This document shows positions 55,084-64,000 of a DNA stretch of 64,000 bases, one piece after another. The notes beneath the pieces are model-generated. The model saw only the letters and a list, made by a program, of their open reading frames with translations, was not told the origin of the DNA and made no database searches. Where the stretch lies: assembly GCA_963701935.1 (NCBI GenBank), contig CAVPBT010000005.1, positions 189,098 to 253,097 on the forward strand, read 5' to 3'. The translations under genes were made by a program, and so were the position numbers. Source of the stretch: an uncultured Acidobacteriaceae bacterium (lineage in GTDB: Bacteria > Acidobacteriota > Terriglobia > Terriglobales > Acidobacteriaceae). Numbering within the stretch: position 1 is the stretch's first letter; every line of letters begins with the position of its first letter.

Positions 55084-55150
55084 GGGATCCTTCGACTGCG
55101 GTTGGCCTTCGCGCTCATGGCGCGAAAGCCAATCCTCGCTCAGGATGACA
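55084..55150 (-). repeat. REP-like element GTCATCCTGAGCGAGG...GTCGAAGGATCCC (copy B, inverted)
   Basis: It lies in the intergenic gap between gabT and mmsA and has an internal hairpin GGCTTTCGCGC/GCGCGAAGGCC. Confidence 0.5.
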
Positions 55151-55159
55151 ACCTTAATT

Positions 55160-56522
55160 CTATACCAACTGCGCGACCGCGCCTTTCTGGTCGCACACCG
55201 CGGCGATCGCGGACTCCAGCACAGCCAGCGCTTCGTCCATCTGCTCGTTGGTGATGACCAGCGGGACCAGAACGCGAATGACGTTCGAGTATGTGCCTGC
55301 CGTGATGGTGATCAGGCCATGCTCGTAGCAGTACTGCGTGATCTTCTTGGTTTCGTCGCTAGCTGGAGCCTTGGATTCCTGCGATTGCACCAGTTCGATG
55401 GCCTGCATGCCGCCAAGACCGCGGATTTCACCGATGATGGTCCAGCGGCGTTGCCACTCACGCGCGCGACGCTGGAAGCGCTCCCCAAGTTCATTCGCGC
55501 GGTCGAGCAGGTTCTCGCGCTCGAAGAGGTCCAGCACCGCCAGCGCTGCGGCGCAGGAGAGCGGGTTCCCGGCGAAGGTTCCGCCAAGGCCGCCAGGTCC
55601 AGGTGCGTCCATGATCTCGGCGCGCCCGGTGACAGCCGCGAGCGGTAATCCACCGCCCATGGATTTCGCCGTGACAATAAGGTCGGGCTCGATGCCGTAA
55701 CGCTCACTGGCGAAGAGCGCGCCGGTGCGTCCGAAGCCAGATTGAACTTCGTCGGCAATGAACAGGATGCCGTGCTTCTGGCATAGCTCAGTCAGCACCT
55801 TGAAATAACCAGGAGGTGGCGCAATGAATCCGCCTTCTCCAAGAACCGGCTCGGCGATCACGGCCGCGACTTCTTCATTCGCCACCACGCGCTTGAAAGT
55901 GTCTTCGAGATGACGCGCGCAGTAGAGATCGCACGACGGATACTTCATGTTGTAAGAGCAGCGATAGCAGTAGGCAAACGGAACGCGATAGACCTCACTG
56001 GGGAACGGCGCGAATCCTGCCTTATATGGATGCGTCTTGCTGGTGAGCGCCAGCGTCATCATGGTGCGGCCGTGGAAGGCGTCCTCGAAAGCGATGATTC
56101 CCGGACGCTTCGTATAAGCGCGCGCAATCTTGACCGCGTTCTCGACAGCCTCGGCGCCGCTGTTGACGAAGATGGTCTTCTTCGCGAACTTGCCCGGCGT
56201 GACTTCGTTCATGCGCTCGGCGAGGCGAACATAGCTCTCGTAGGGCGTGACCTGCACGCAAGTGTGCAGGAAACGGTCAAGTTGGTCTTTCATAGCGTCG
56301 ACGACGGCTTCCTGGCGATGGCCGACGTTGAGGCACCCGATGCCTCCGGCGAAGTCGAGGTAGCGGTTGCCGTCGACGTCTTCGAGCCAGGCGTCTTCCG
56401 CTTTGGCAACGTAGATGGGCGTGCCGTGAGAAAGGCCGCGGGGCACGGCTTTGGCGCGGCGTTCGGAGAGCGCCTTGGATTTCGGGCCCGGAATGGAGTG
56501 TGCGAAGTTGAATAGTAGACAT
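55160..56522 (-). pseudogene. gabT: 4-aminobutyrate aminotransferase GabT-like, one frameshift near the 5' end as sequenced
   Basis: The ATG at 56522 (MSTIQLRTL) is in one frame. The rest, IPGPKSKALSERRAKAVPRGLSHG...LDFAGGIGCLNVGH..., is in another frame that has an upstream TAA and no canonical start before the GTG at 56446. An extra base lies near 56495. The total length is 1363 nt (3n+1). Confidence 0.85.
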
Positions 56523-56631
56523 CTTTAAGTTCTCAGTTCCCGGTTCTCAGTTAACGGCTTCCGGCGTCTCGGCTTCCGGCTGAATCTCAGTTCTCGAGTG
56601 CCAGTTCCCGAGTCGTACTGGCAACTGCTCT

Positions 56632-58113
56632 TCAGTACCAGCCGATCGGCGATTCGTTCAGGTTGATGTGGACCTGCTTGGTCTCGAGATATTCTTCGAT
56701 ACCCCAGGGACCGAGTTCGCGGCCGAAGCCGGATTGCTTGTAGCCTCCCCACGGCGCTTCGACGTAGGTGGGCTGCATGTGGTTGACCCAGACGATTCCG
56801 GCGCGCAGAGCTTTCACGGCGCGCATGGCCTTGAAAATGTCGCGCGTCCAGACCGCAGCCGCAAGGCCATACGGAGAATCGTTGGCGATCTTGAGCGCGT
56901 CCTTTTCGTCTTCGAACGGAATCACGGCAGCGACTGGGCCGAAGATTTCCTCGCGGGCGATGCGGTCGCTATTCTTCACATCGTAGAAGATCGTCGGCTG
57001 GACGTAGTAGCCCTTGGCGAACTTCTCGGGACGTCCGCCGCCCGAAGCGAGCTTGGCTTCTTTCTTGCCGATCTCGACATACGAGTTCACGCGGTCGTAT
57101 TGTTCTTTGCTGACCAGCGCACCCATCTTGGTCTCGCGATCGAGCGGAGGACCGATCTTGATCTTCTTGGCCTTCTCCGCCATCGCGTCGACAAAGTTCT
57201 TATAGATCGACTTCTGCACGAGAATACGGCTTCCCGCCGAGCAAACTTCGCCCTGATTGATGAAGACGCCGAACAGCGCGCCGTCGATGGCTGCCTCGAA
57301 ATCGGCGTCGGCGAAGAAGATATTGGGAGACTTGCCGCCGAGTTCTAGCGTGACACGCTTCACCGTATCGGCGGCCTGTTTCACAATGATCTTGCCGACG
57401 GCGGCGCTGCCGGTGAATGCAATCTTGTTGACGTCGGGATGCTGGACGAGCGGAGCACCGCAGGACTCGCCGAAGCCGGTCACGATGTTGACCACGCCTG
57501 GAGGTAGTCCGCAGTCGGCAAAATGTTTGGCGAATTCGAGAGCGGTGAGAGGCGTCTGCTCGGCGGGCTTGAGCACGCAGGTACAGCCGGCAGCGATCGC
57601 CGGCGCGAGTTTCCACGCGGCCATGAGCAACGGATAGTTCCACGGGATGATCTGTCCGGCGACGCCGACCGGCTCTTTGAGCGTGAGGGACATCGCGTTG
57701 TCAGGAACCGGGTTGACGTAGCCGACGACTTTGGTGGCGAGTCCGCCGTAGTATTCGAAACAGGTTGCGGCGTCGGTAATGTCGTACTCGGCTTCGACGA
57801 TGGGCTTGCCGGTGTTGCGGCATTCCAGTTCGGAGAGCGCGGGCAGGTTCTGACGGATTTTGTCGGCAAGCCGAAAGAGTACGCGTCCGCGCTCCTGCGC
57901 AGTGGTGGTCGCCCAAGGGCCGTCTTCGAACGCAGCCTTGGCGGCGGCGACGGCGCGGTTGACGTCGTCGGCTGATGCGTCGGGGACCTGCGCGATTACT
58001 TCTTCCGTCGAGGGATCGTAGACGGGGAAGGTTTTCGCGGACTTGCTGGTGACCCATTCGCCATTGATGAACATCTGGTAGGTTTTGACGTCGGCTTGGA
58101 CTCCGCTAGGCAT
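56632..58113 (-). CDS. NAD(P)-dependent aldehyde dehydrogenase (aminoaldehyde/betaine-aldehyde DH-like)
   Basis: 493 aa. Motifs are ...MFINGEWV..., ...FTGSAAVGK..., ...LELGGKSP... and ...NQGEVCSAGSR.... A GGAGG RBS precedes the start. Confidence 0.9.
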   Translation of the reverse strand: MPSGVQADVKTYQMFINGEWVTSKSAKTFPVYDPSTEEVIAQVPDASADDVNRAVAAAKAAFEDGPWATTTAQERGRVLFRLADKIRQNLPALSELECRNTGKPIVEAEYDITDAATCFEYYGGLATKVVGYVNPVPDNAMSLTLKEPVGVAGQIIPWNYPLLMAAWKLAPAIAAGCTCVLKPAEQTPLTALEFAKHFADCGLPPGVVNIVTGFGESCGAPLVQHPDVNKIAFTGSAAVGKIIVKQAADTVKRVTLELGGKSPNIFFADADFEAAIDGALFGVFINQGEVCSAGSRILVQKSIYKNFVDAMAEKAKKIKIGPPLDRETKMGALVSKEQYDRVNSYVEIGKKEAKLASGGGRPEKFAKGYYVQPTIFYDVKNSDRIAREEIFGPVAAVIPFEDEKDALKIANDSPYGLAAAVWTRDIFKAMRAVKALRAGIVWVNHMQPTYVEAPWGGYKQSGFGRELGPWGIEEYLETKQVHINLNESPIGWY

Positions 58114-58280
58114 CGTGGCCTCCTGGAAAAATTGTGACGTCCCTACGGGACTCGGTTCTTCTCTTCACCGCTCATCCCAGGACTTCCGTCCTGGGCTATC
58201 ACATGCCGCCCCTTCGGGGCTGGAACTTGTTCGATCGTGACATTACCGTTTGCCCAAGCTGCTGCAAGTGCTCTGTAAAA

Positions 58281-59732
58281 TCAGCGCCTAGCTTCGCTCG
58301 CCGGAACCGGCGTGGCGATCACAGGGAGTTGAATCTTCTGTGACGCTTTGCGGCGGCCGTATACAAAAAAGAAGAATGCGGCCAGTCCGACGAAGAATGC
58401 TGTCCCGCCGAACATCCACAACTCGTAGGACCAGAGCGACGTGATCTGCTGAGCCGGGAAAAACACCAGCGCGATACCGAGAATCGTAGTCAGAAATCCA
58501 CTCGCACCGGCGAGGAACAGCGTCGTTCTGCCGTACTGACCCTTTGGAGACGACTCCGTCACCGCGAACTTCACGAGTGCTCCGAACATGTAGACGAACG
58601 GAACCAACTGCAGAACGACGGCAAGCGACAATAGCTTTTGAAAGGTCTCCTGCACGCCGGCGCCGGCGAAGTTCAGAATCACCAGCATCGCAGAGACAAT
58701 GCCTTGCACGATGAGTGCGGCGTACGGCGTGGCGTATTTCGGATGGACCTTGCCGAGCCAGGACGGCATGTAGGAATCGAGTCCTGCTACGAACGGGATA
58801 CGGGAGCACCCGCCGATCCATGCGGAACCAATGCCGGCGATGGCGAGGCTGAGCATGAGCGCAAAAGGAACGCTGATCCAACTCACTCCGACGCGTGCCG
58901 CCATTCCAGTCACCGCCTGCACCACACCTTGCAGCACGTTCACGTTCTTTCCGACCGCAATGAGTAATGTCAACGTAGCCGCGATGTACAGGGTTCCAGA
59001 GAGCAACCCGCCCCATGCGACCGCTCCGGGCAGAGTGCGGCGTGGGTCCTGGATTTCATCGCCCATGACGGAAGCGAGTTCAAGTCCGACCAAACCGAAG
59101 CAGATCACACCGAAGGAGTTGAGCACGAAGCGCGGATTGGCCGGAATCTTGAAGTCTGCTGCGGTGATCCCACTACCAAAGCGCGACCAGATGACGACGC
59201 CGAGGCCGACGAGAACCGCAGCGGCAATGAAGGTTCCAATCGCACCAAGATTGTTGATCCACTTGCCGACGCCAAGACCGAGGATGTTCAGCAGCGTGAG
59301 CAAGGCTAGGAGTGCCAGGGAGACGCTTGCAGCGAAGAGCTTGTTGTCGGGAAGAGCCTGATGGCCGGGACCGAGTGCGTACACCGATACGCCGACGAAA
59401 TAGAGCATCACTGTCGGCACGTAGAGCATGTTGTTGGTCCAATAGCACCAGCCGGAGAGGAATCCGTGGAAGTCGCCGAAGACTTCCTTCGCCCAGAGAT
59501 AGACCCCGCCTTCGCCCGGATAACGGTGGGCGAGTTCTATAACGGCGATGCCTTGAGGCCAGAAGAACAGAAGTAACGAGATGATCCAAAGCCAGATGGT
59601 GACCCCGCCATTTGCGGCGATTGAGGGGACTACATTGAGATTGAAAACGGCGACGACGAAGAGCAGCACCAGATCGCGGCGGCCTAGGGCTCGGATCAGG
59701 TGAGGCTGTTCGGGTTGGGCGCCGGTGGACAA
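58281..59732 (-). CDS. APC-superfamily amino acid/polyamine permease
   Basis: 483 aa with ~12 TM segments. The APC-type N-terminus is ...LIRALGRRDLVLLFVVAVFNLNVV...AHRYPGEGGVYLWAKEVFG.... Confidence 0.85.
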   Translation of the reverse strand: MSTGAQPEQPHLIRALGRRDLVLLFVVAVFNLNVVPSIAANGGVTIWLWIISLLLFFWPQGIAVIELAHRYPGEGGVYLWAKEVFGDFHGFLSGWCYWTNNMLYVPTVMLYFVGVSVYALGPGHQALPDNKLFAASVSLALLALLTLLNILGLGVGKWINNLGAIGTFIAAAVLVGLGVVIWSRFGSGITAADFKIPANPRFVLNSFGVICFGLVGLELASVMGDEIQDPRRTLPGAVAWGGLLSGTLYIAATLTLLIAVGKNVNVLQGVVQAVTGMAARVGVSWISVPFALMLSLAIAGIGSAWIGGCSRIPFVAGLDSYMPSWLGKVHPKYATPYAALIVQGIVSAMLVILNFAGAGVQETFQKLLSLAVVLQLVPFVYMFGALVKFAVTESSPKGQYGRTTLFLAGASGFLTTILGIALVFFPAQQITSLWSYELWMFGGTAFFVGLAAFFFFVYGRRKASQKIQLPVIATPVPASEARR

Positions 59733-59803
59733 AATTCTCGATAAGGATCCGAACCAAACGCGCGATTATTGCGTCGCAAAAACCGCGACGCTTCGCGCGG
59801 TTC

Positions 59804-59849
59804 GCTCAGGTCCTTCGGCGCCAAAAGCAGGCGCCTCAGGATGACAACC
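59804..59849 (-). repeat. REP-like element GTCATCCTGAGGCG...CCGAAGGACCTGAGC (copy C, inverted)
   Basis: It lies in the intergenic gap between the aminotransferase and the APC permease. It has an internal hairpin GGCGCC-N7-GGCGCC. A separate hairpin GGGGCGGAC-N6-GTCCGCCCC lies at 59866-59889. Confidence 0.5.
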
Positions 59850-59898
59850 ATCAATTGTGCATACAGGGGCGGACGAATGCGTCCGCCCCTACGCGAAT

Positions 59899-61275
59899 CT
59901 AGTGCGCTACTGGGACCGGTGCAGCGCGCTCCTGCTGCGCTTTGGCCAGCGACGCGGCGATGTCGTTGAACGCCGCGAGATGCTGGTCGATGTCGGCCTC
60001 GGTGTGCTGCACCGAAATCGTCCACTGCTCGTCCCACCAGTAGGGCTGAGCCATCACGCCGCGGTTGACCATCCCGAACCAGTAGTGGCGCCACAGGTCG
60101 ACGTCGATTGCTTCCCAGTCGCGGTAGTTGCGAATCTCCTTTGGGTACAGCATCAACGCGCCGTTGGCTCCCGCTTGTGCGATGTAGCCCTGCAGCCCGA
60201 CTTTCGCAATGGTTGCGCGGTAGCCGTCCGTCAGCTTCTTGCTGAGTTTGTCGACCTTCGCGTAGTTCTCGCGGGTGAGGACTTCGCGGAAGGTTGCGAG
60301 GCCCGCAGCCATCGAGACCGGGTTCGTGTTGTAGGTACCGCCGTGGAAGACCTTGTGCTGCGAGATCAGGTCCATGACTGACTTGCTGGTGCCGAATGCA
60401 GCGAGCGGCAATCCTCCCCCGATCGACTTGGCCAGGCAGATCATGTCGGGATGAACGCCGAAATATTCACTGGCGCCGCCCCATCCAAGCTTGGCGCCGG
60501 TCTTCACTTCGTCGAAGATCAGCAGCGCGCCGTTCCTGTCGCAGATTTCGCGCAGGCCCTTCAGGAAGCCGGGCTGCGGAATACAGAGGCCGACGTTCAT
60601 GAGAATCGGTTCGAGAATGATCGCGGCGATTTCGCCAGGATTTTCTTTGAACCGTCGCTCGACAGTAGCGAGATCGTTGAATGTGGCGATGAGCACGTTG
60701 GCGATGGCGGATTTCGGCACACCGAGACCACCAGTAACCGAGGTCGGCGCGTGAATGTCGCCGTAGTCCGGCGCGTGCGGCTTGACGCTAACCAAGGCGC
60801 TGTCGTGCAGGCCGTGATAGGCGCCTTCGAACTTTACGATCTTGTCGCGTCCGGTGGCGGCGCGGGCGAGACGAATCGCGTGCATGGTGACTTCGGTGCC
60901 GCTATTGCCGAAGCGGCACATCTCGACCGGGAAGCGGGTACAGATTTCTTCGGCGAGTTCCCATTCCATATCGTGGGGCATGCCGAACATGGTGCCAGTG
61001 GAGAGACGCTTCTCAACGGCCTTCATGACGGCGGGATGGCAGTGTCCGGCCATGAGCGCGCCGAAGGTCAGGTTATGGTCGATGTATTCGTTGCCATCGA
61101 GGTCGCGGAACTTGCTGCCGCTGGCATCTTTCACAAAGATCGGCCAGGGATCGTAGGCGCGATAGTTGCTGGCGACACCGAGAGGAATACGCTTGAGATT
61201 CTTCTTGTGGGCTTCGGCGGATTTGGGCGTGCGCCGCTCGAACGTGGCGAGTTCTTTCTGTAGATCGGGATACAT
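59899..61275 (-). CDS. class-III aminotransferase (glutamate-1-semialdehyde aminomutase-like)
   Basis: 458 aa. Motifs are ...FGNSGTEVTMHAIRLARA..., ...IFDEVKTGAKLGWGG... and ...LAKSIGGGLPLAAFG.... Confidence 0.85.
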   Translation of the reverse strand: MYPDLQKELATFERRTPKSAEAHKKNLKRIPLGVASNYRAYDPWPIFVKDASGSKFRDLDGNEYIDHNLTFGALMAGHCHPAVMKAVEKRLSTGTMFGMPHDMEWELAEEICTRFPVEMCRFGNSGTEVTMHAIRLARAATGRDKIVKFEGAYHGLHDSALVSVKPHAPDYGDIHAPTSVTGGLGVPKSAIANVLIATFNDLATVERRFKENPGEIAAIILEPILMNVGLCIPQPGFLKGLREICDRNGALLIFDEVKTGAKLGWGGASEYFGVHPDMICLAKSIGGGLPLAAFGTSKSVMDLISQHKVFHGGTYNTNPVSMAAGLATFREVLTRENYAKVDKLSKKLTDGYRATIAKVGLQGYIAQAGANGALMLYPKEIRNYRDWEAIDVDLWRHYWFGMVNRGVMAQPYWWDEQWTISVQHTEADIDQHLAAFNDIAASLAKAQQERAAPVPVAH

Positions 61276-61335
61276 CGAATTGCTCCGAGAAAACTCAGGC
61301 CTGCGGCTTCTTTGGGCAAGCGGGCCATTAGATTG

Positions 61336-61359
61336 CCCGGGCGGTTGGAGCCGCCCGGG
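61336..61359 (-). terminator. terminator-like hairpin after the TonB-dependent receptor gene
   Basis: CCCGGGCGG-N6-CCGCCCGGG lies 10 nt after the stop. The U-tract on the minus strand is weak. Confidence 0.4.
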
Positions 61360-61368
61360 TTTGTAGGA

Positions 61369-64000
61369 CTAGAAGTAGAACTTCAAAGCAAACTGCACCA
61401 GACGCGGATCGCGAGCCTGCAGCACCTGGCCGAATGTCGAGTTCGAGAAGTTGCCGTCCGGGTTGACGAATTCCGTCTTGTTGAACAAGTTGAAGACGTC
61501 GGCACGGAACTGGAAGTATTTCGACTCTGACAGTGTAATCCTCTTGGACACGGTGATGTCCCACTGGTTCTCGCCGGGGCCGCAGCAGACGGAGCGGGGA
61601 GTTGTGGAGAACGTACCCAGAGTGGGGTCGGTGAACTTCGACTGGTCAGCGTTCAGGTAGTAGTGCCCACTTTGCGGCCCGTAATTGAAGGTGTTGAACG
61701 TCTGAATTTGCTTGGGATCGACGATCTGGAGCGGGCCGTTCAATTGCGGAGTCCCGGCGCCCAGGAAGAACAGGCTGCTGATCAGCTCGTAATCGTCCTC
61801 GGTCTGAAGGCGGATCGGGAATCCACTCTGGAACTGAATGATCCCCGAGAGTTGCCAGTCGTCGAGAACTTTACCTGCGAAACCGCTGTACTTGCGGGTC
61901 GGAATATCCCACACATAATTAATCACGAAACGCTGCGCGGAATTGAAGAGCGAGAGAGCGCGGCTGGCTTTGTAGTCGAAGGGATTGACTGTCTCTTCGA
62001 AGCTGGAGGCCCAGTCGAGCGACTTGCTGAAGGTGTAGGCAGCCTGGAATTGCAAACCACGCGAGAACCGCTTCTCCAGGCTGGCCTGGAACGAGTTGTA
62101 GGCAGACGCAGCGATCGTGTCCTCGGCAAAGATATTGCTAAAGACTGGAATTCCGTCGGCTGGGCAGCCTTGCCCTACGTTCGCTCCGGATTGTACGCAA
62201 TTCGGGGAGGAGTAGGGCCGGAGGCCGACCATCTGTACGGGAGTGCCGGCGGCAGTACCGGGGACCACGCTTCCATTCGGAAGGTGGAAATTGAACCCAT
62301 TGGGGACCGTAACAGTGAACTGATTGTCTTCGGCGAAAGGACCACAAGTCCCAGCCACGCCGTAGGAGGAAACGCTGGTGGGATCGTTTGAAGCCAGCGT
62401 GGCAATGTCGAGGCAGGTCTGCGGATTGGCGGCGTTGACGTCATGTGATGCCAGCAAACGATGACCCTGCGATCCGACGTATCCGAGTTGCAGCACGAGG
62501 TCTTTCGCCAGTTCTCGCTGAATCGTGAAGTTGTACTGAGCGGTGTACTGGGTCCGCATCTTCGGCTGAAAATCACCGTAGAGCAGCATGGGGCGGAAGC
62601 TCGCCCAGTCGATTGGGGTACCCGGAGCTGGGCTCAGAATTCCGTTGAAGGGATTGTTGTTGGTGTAACCGCCTTGAGCAACGAATGGAGTATTGAAGAA
62701 AGTGGAGGGCAAATAGGTGCTGCCACCAAACGGCGGCTCCGCCCCGAACTGTTCGAGCACGAGTTGCTCCATCGGGTTGTAGAACAGACCCCAACCGGCG
62801 CGAATGCTGGTCTTGTTGTCCCGCCCCGGACTCCACGCAATACCGACGCGGGGTGCAAAAGCCTTGTAATAGGTCTGAGTCATTCCGGCAGGAACGCCCG
62901 GATCGCCTGGCACCACGAGGCCGGTGGGCAGCACCCCTGCTGTAGCGCAGTCGCTCGATCCCAGGACCGACGCCTCGGTGGAGGTCATAACGCACGGGTA
63001 CTTGGTGGTGTTCTGGCCCGGACGGAAGGTCTGTACATGGTGAAGGACATCGGTGAGTGGCGTGTCCAACTCCCAGCGAAGTCCATAGTTCAGAGTGATG
63101 GAAGGCCTGAGTTTCCAGCTATCTTGCGCGAACAGATACACACCGGTGCTGCGCACGTTCTCGCGCTGCGCTGAACCCTGAGAGTAGCTGTCAGCGGTGC
63201 CGAGAAGATATCCAGGATAGTTGTCGGCGGAACTGACGGCATTTAGGGTCGAACTATCGAAGGTGAATTGACCACTCACGTTGTAATACAGAGTCTGATC
63301 AAAGCGGGAGCGCCGGATGTCAGCTCCGTATTTGAACTGATGATTCCCCTTAACCCAGGTCAAATTGTCCGCCCACATGAAGGAGTTGCCTACCTGAGGC
63401 AGTTCGCCTTCCCAGCCATTGCCGAAAGCAACCCCTCCGGAAACGTTGACAAACGGCACACCGGTATGGCTCGAAGGCAACCCGGTGGTGATTCCGGCCT
63501 GGGCCGGATTGGTGAAATTCGCCTGGATCAGACTGTTGATCGCGGACGAATCAGAGGTTCCATTGAAGCAAACCGCCTGCGCCGCCGCAGACGAGCACGA
63601 AGATTGCACCGAGCCGGTGGATTGCGGATGCTGGAAAGTCAATTGACCTTCCCGCATGTACGTGAAGCGGAACTCATTCACTAGAGAATTGGTGATGGTC
63701 CAGGTGTGGCTGGGATTGAATTGCTGGTAGCGGGAACCGACGTTGGCTCCGAACCCGGGAACGTTGGCCCCTGACGCCTGAAAGTTGTAATAGGGCTGGA
63801 AGTTTGAGTCGTTGGTGAAGTAGTAGTAGAAGCTGAAATTCTGGCGTGAGTTGATGTGATGGTCGAACCGGAATGTGAACTGATTCTGAGTGTCAGCGCT
63901 GGCCGGAACCGCCTGGTAGGTTCCGTCGGCACGATTCGCCGCAGGAACAAATCGCAGGAGGTCAGACGCAACCGGATCCTGACATGGACCAGGAATCACA
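61369..64000 (-). CDS. TonB-dependent receptor-type outer-membrane beta-barrel protein (N-terminus lies right of window)
   Basis: An open frame of more than 876 aa runs to the window edge. It is rich in Asn/Gly/aromatic beta-strand repeats. The C-terminal ...DPRLVQFALKFYF has the terminal Phe typical of OM barrels. Confidence 0.8.
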   Translation of the reverse strand, partial: VIPGPCQDPVASDLLRFVPAANRADGTYQAVPASADTQNQFTFRFDHHINSRQNFSFYYYFTNDSNFQPYYNFQASGANVPGFGANVGSRYQQFNPSHTWTITNSLVNEFRFTYMREGQLTFQHPQSTGSVQSSCSSAAAQAVCFNGTSDSSAINSLIQANFTNPAQAGITTGLPSSHTGVPFVNVSGGVAFGNGWEGELPQVGNSFMWADNLTWVKGNHQFKYGADIRRSRFDQTLYYNVSGQFTFDSSTLNAVSSADNYPGYLLGTADSYSQGSAQRENVRSTGVYLFAQDSWKLRPSITLNYGLRWELDTPLTDVLHHVQTFRPGQNTTKYPCVMTSTEASVLGSSDCATAGVLPTGLVVPGDPGVPAGMTQTYYKAFAPRVGIAWSPGRDNKTSIRAGWGLFYNPMEQLVLEQFGAEPPFGGSTYLPSTFFNTPFVAQGGYTNNNPFNGILSPAPGTPIDWASFRPMLLYGDFQPKMRTQYTAQYNFTIQRELAKDLVLQLGYVGSQGHRLLASHDVNAANPQTCLDIATLASNDPTSVSSYGVAGTCGPFAEDNQFTVTVPNGFNFHLPNGSVVPGTAAGTPVQMVGLRPYSSPNCVQSGANVGQGCPADGIPVFSNIFAEDTIAASAYNSFQASLEKRFSRGLQFQAAYTFSKSLDWASSFEETVNPFDYKASRALSLFNSAQRFVINYVWDIPTRKYSGFAGKVLDDWQLSGIIQFQSGFPIRLQTEDDYELISSLFFLGAGTPQLNGPLQIVDPKQIQTFNTFNYGPQSGHYYLNADQSKFTDPTLGTFSTTPRSVCCGPGENQWDITVSKRITLSESKYFQFRADVFNLFNKTEFVNPDGNFSNSTFGQVLQARDPRLVQFALKFYF

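Noticed and set aside
59866-59889. Hairpin GGGGCGGAC-N6-GTCCGCCCC after the aminotransferase gene, considered as an intrinsic terminator
   Set aside because: The stem is good, but on the transcribed (minus) strand TGTATGC follows it rather than a U-tract. It may be a Rho-independent terminator variant or part of the adjacent repeat element, so I did not list it as a terminator.

Overview
GC-rich bacterial chromosomal window with about 55 protein-coding genes. By eye I found no rRNA, tRNA, CRISPR array, transposase or integrase. The gene content suggests Acidobacteriota (inference only): an ADOP-type duplicated FtsX permease, a TonB-type receptor tail, a DUF4118-8xPAS-sigma54 activator and dispersed GTCATCCTGAG...GAAGGAyC elements.

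Gene content, left to right:
1. Non-phosphorylative L-fucose-type sugar-acid cluster (1-5171): lactonase fragment, UxaA-family dehydratase, two SDRs, FucP and a mutarotase.
2. HrpB helicase and a DUF2461 protein.
3. A 12-kb co-directional minus-strand lipid block (8305-20618): phasin-like, acyl-CoA dehydrogenase, GMC oxidoreductase, AdhE, STAS, WS/DGAT wax-ester synthase, small OM barrel, acyl-CoA ligase. Next to it (20719-25844) lie phaR, an alpha/beta hydrolase, an unknown beta-rich protein (possibly tocopherol-cyclase-like), an ABC1/UbiB kinase and a second phasin-like gene.
4. his operon hisI-G-D-C-B-H-F-A (26476-32648).
5. Secreted LamG-GH2 hydrolase, a SufT-like protein and a DmpA-like peptidase.
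6. Giant PAS/sigma54 activator, a receiver/zinc-ribbon/PilZ operon and an OmpA-like protein.
7. ADOP permease.
8. Omega-amino-acid/GABA/beta-alanine catabolic cluster: three class-III aminotransferases, two aldehyde dehydrogenases and an APC permease.
9. TonB-dependent receptor, cut by the window end.

Main hunt results:
- Two identical promoter-operator cassettes carry a perfect 15-bp palindrome (candidate PhaR operator) in front of the two phasin-like paralogues. A near-copy sits on the hydrolase promoter.
- No PHA synthase is in view, so I propose a PhaR-controlled wax-ester/neutral-lipid body locus with plastoglobule-like composition. This is a hypothesis.
- A His-codon-rich leader peptide plus terminator forms a classical attenuator upstream of hisI.
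- At least three intergenic CRP-type TGTGA-N6-TCACA palindromes are present.
- Nine genes, including hisD, are interrupted by single-base frameshifts. This more likely reflects assembly indels than biology and needs read-level checking.
- Several families of REP-like hairpin elements fill the intergenic gaps.

All product calls rest on motif recognition from the translated ORFs. No database search was run.
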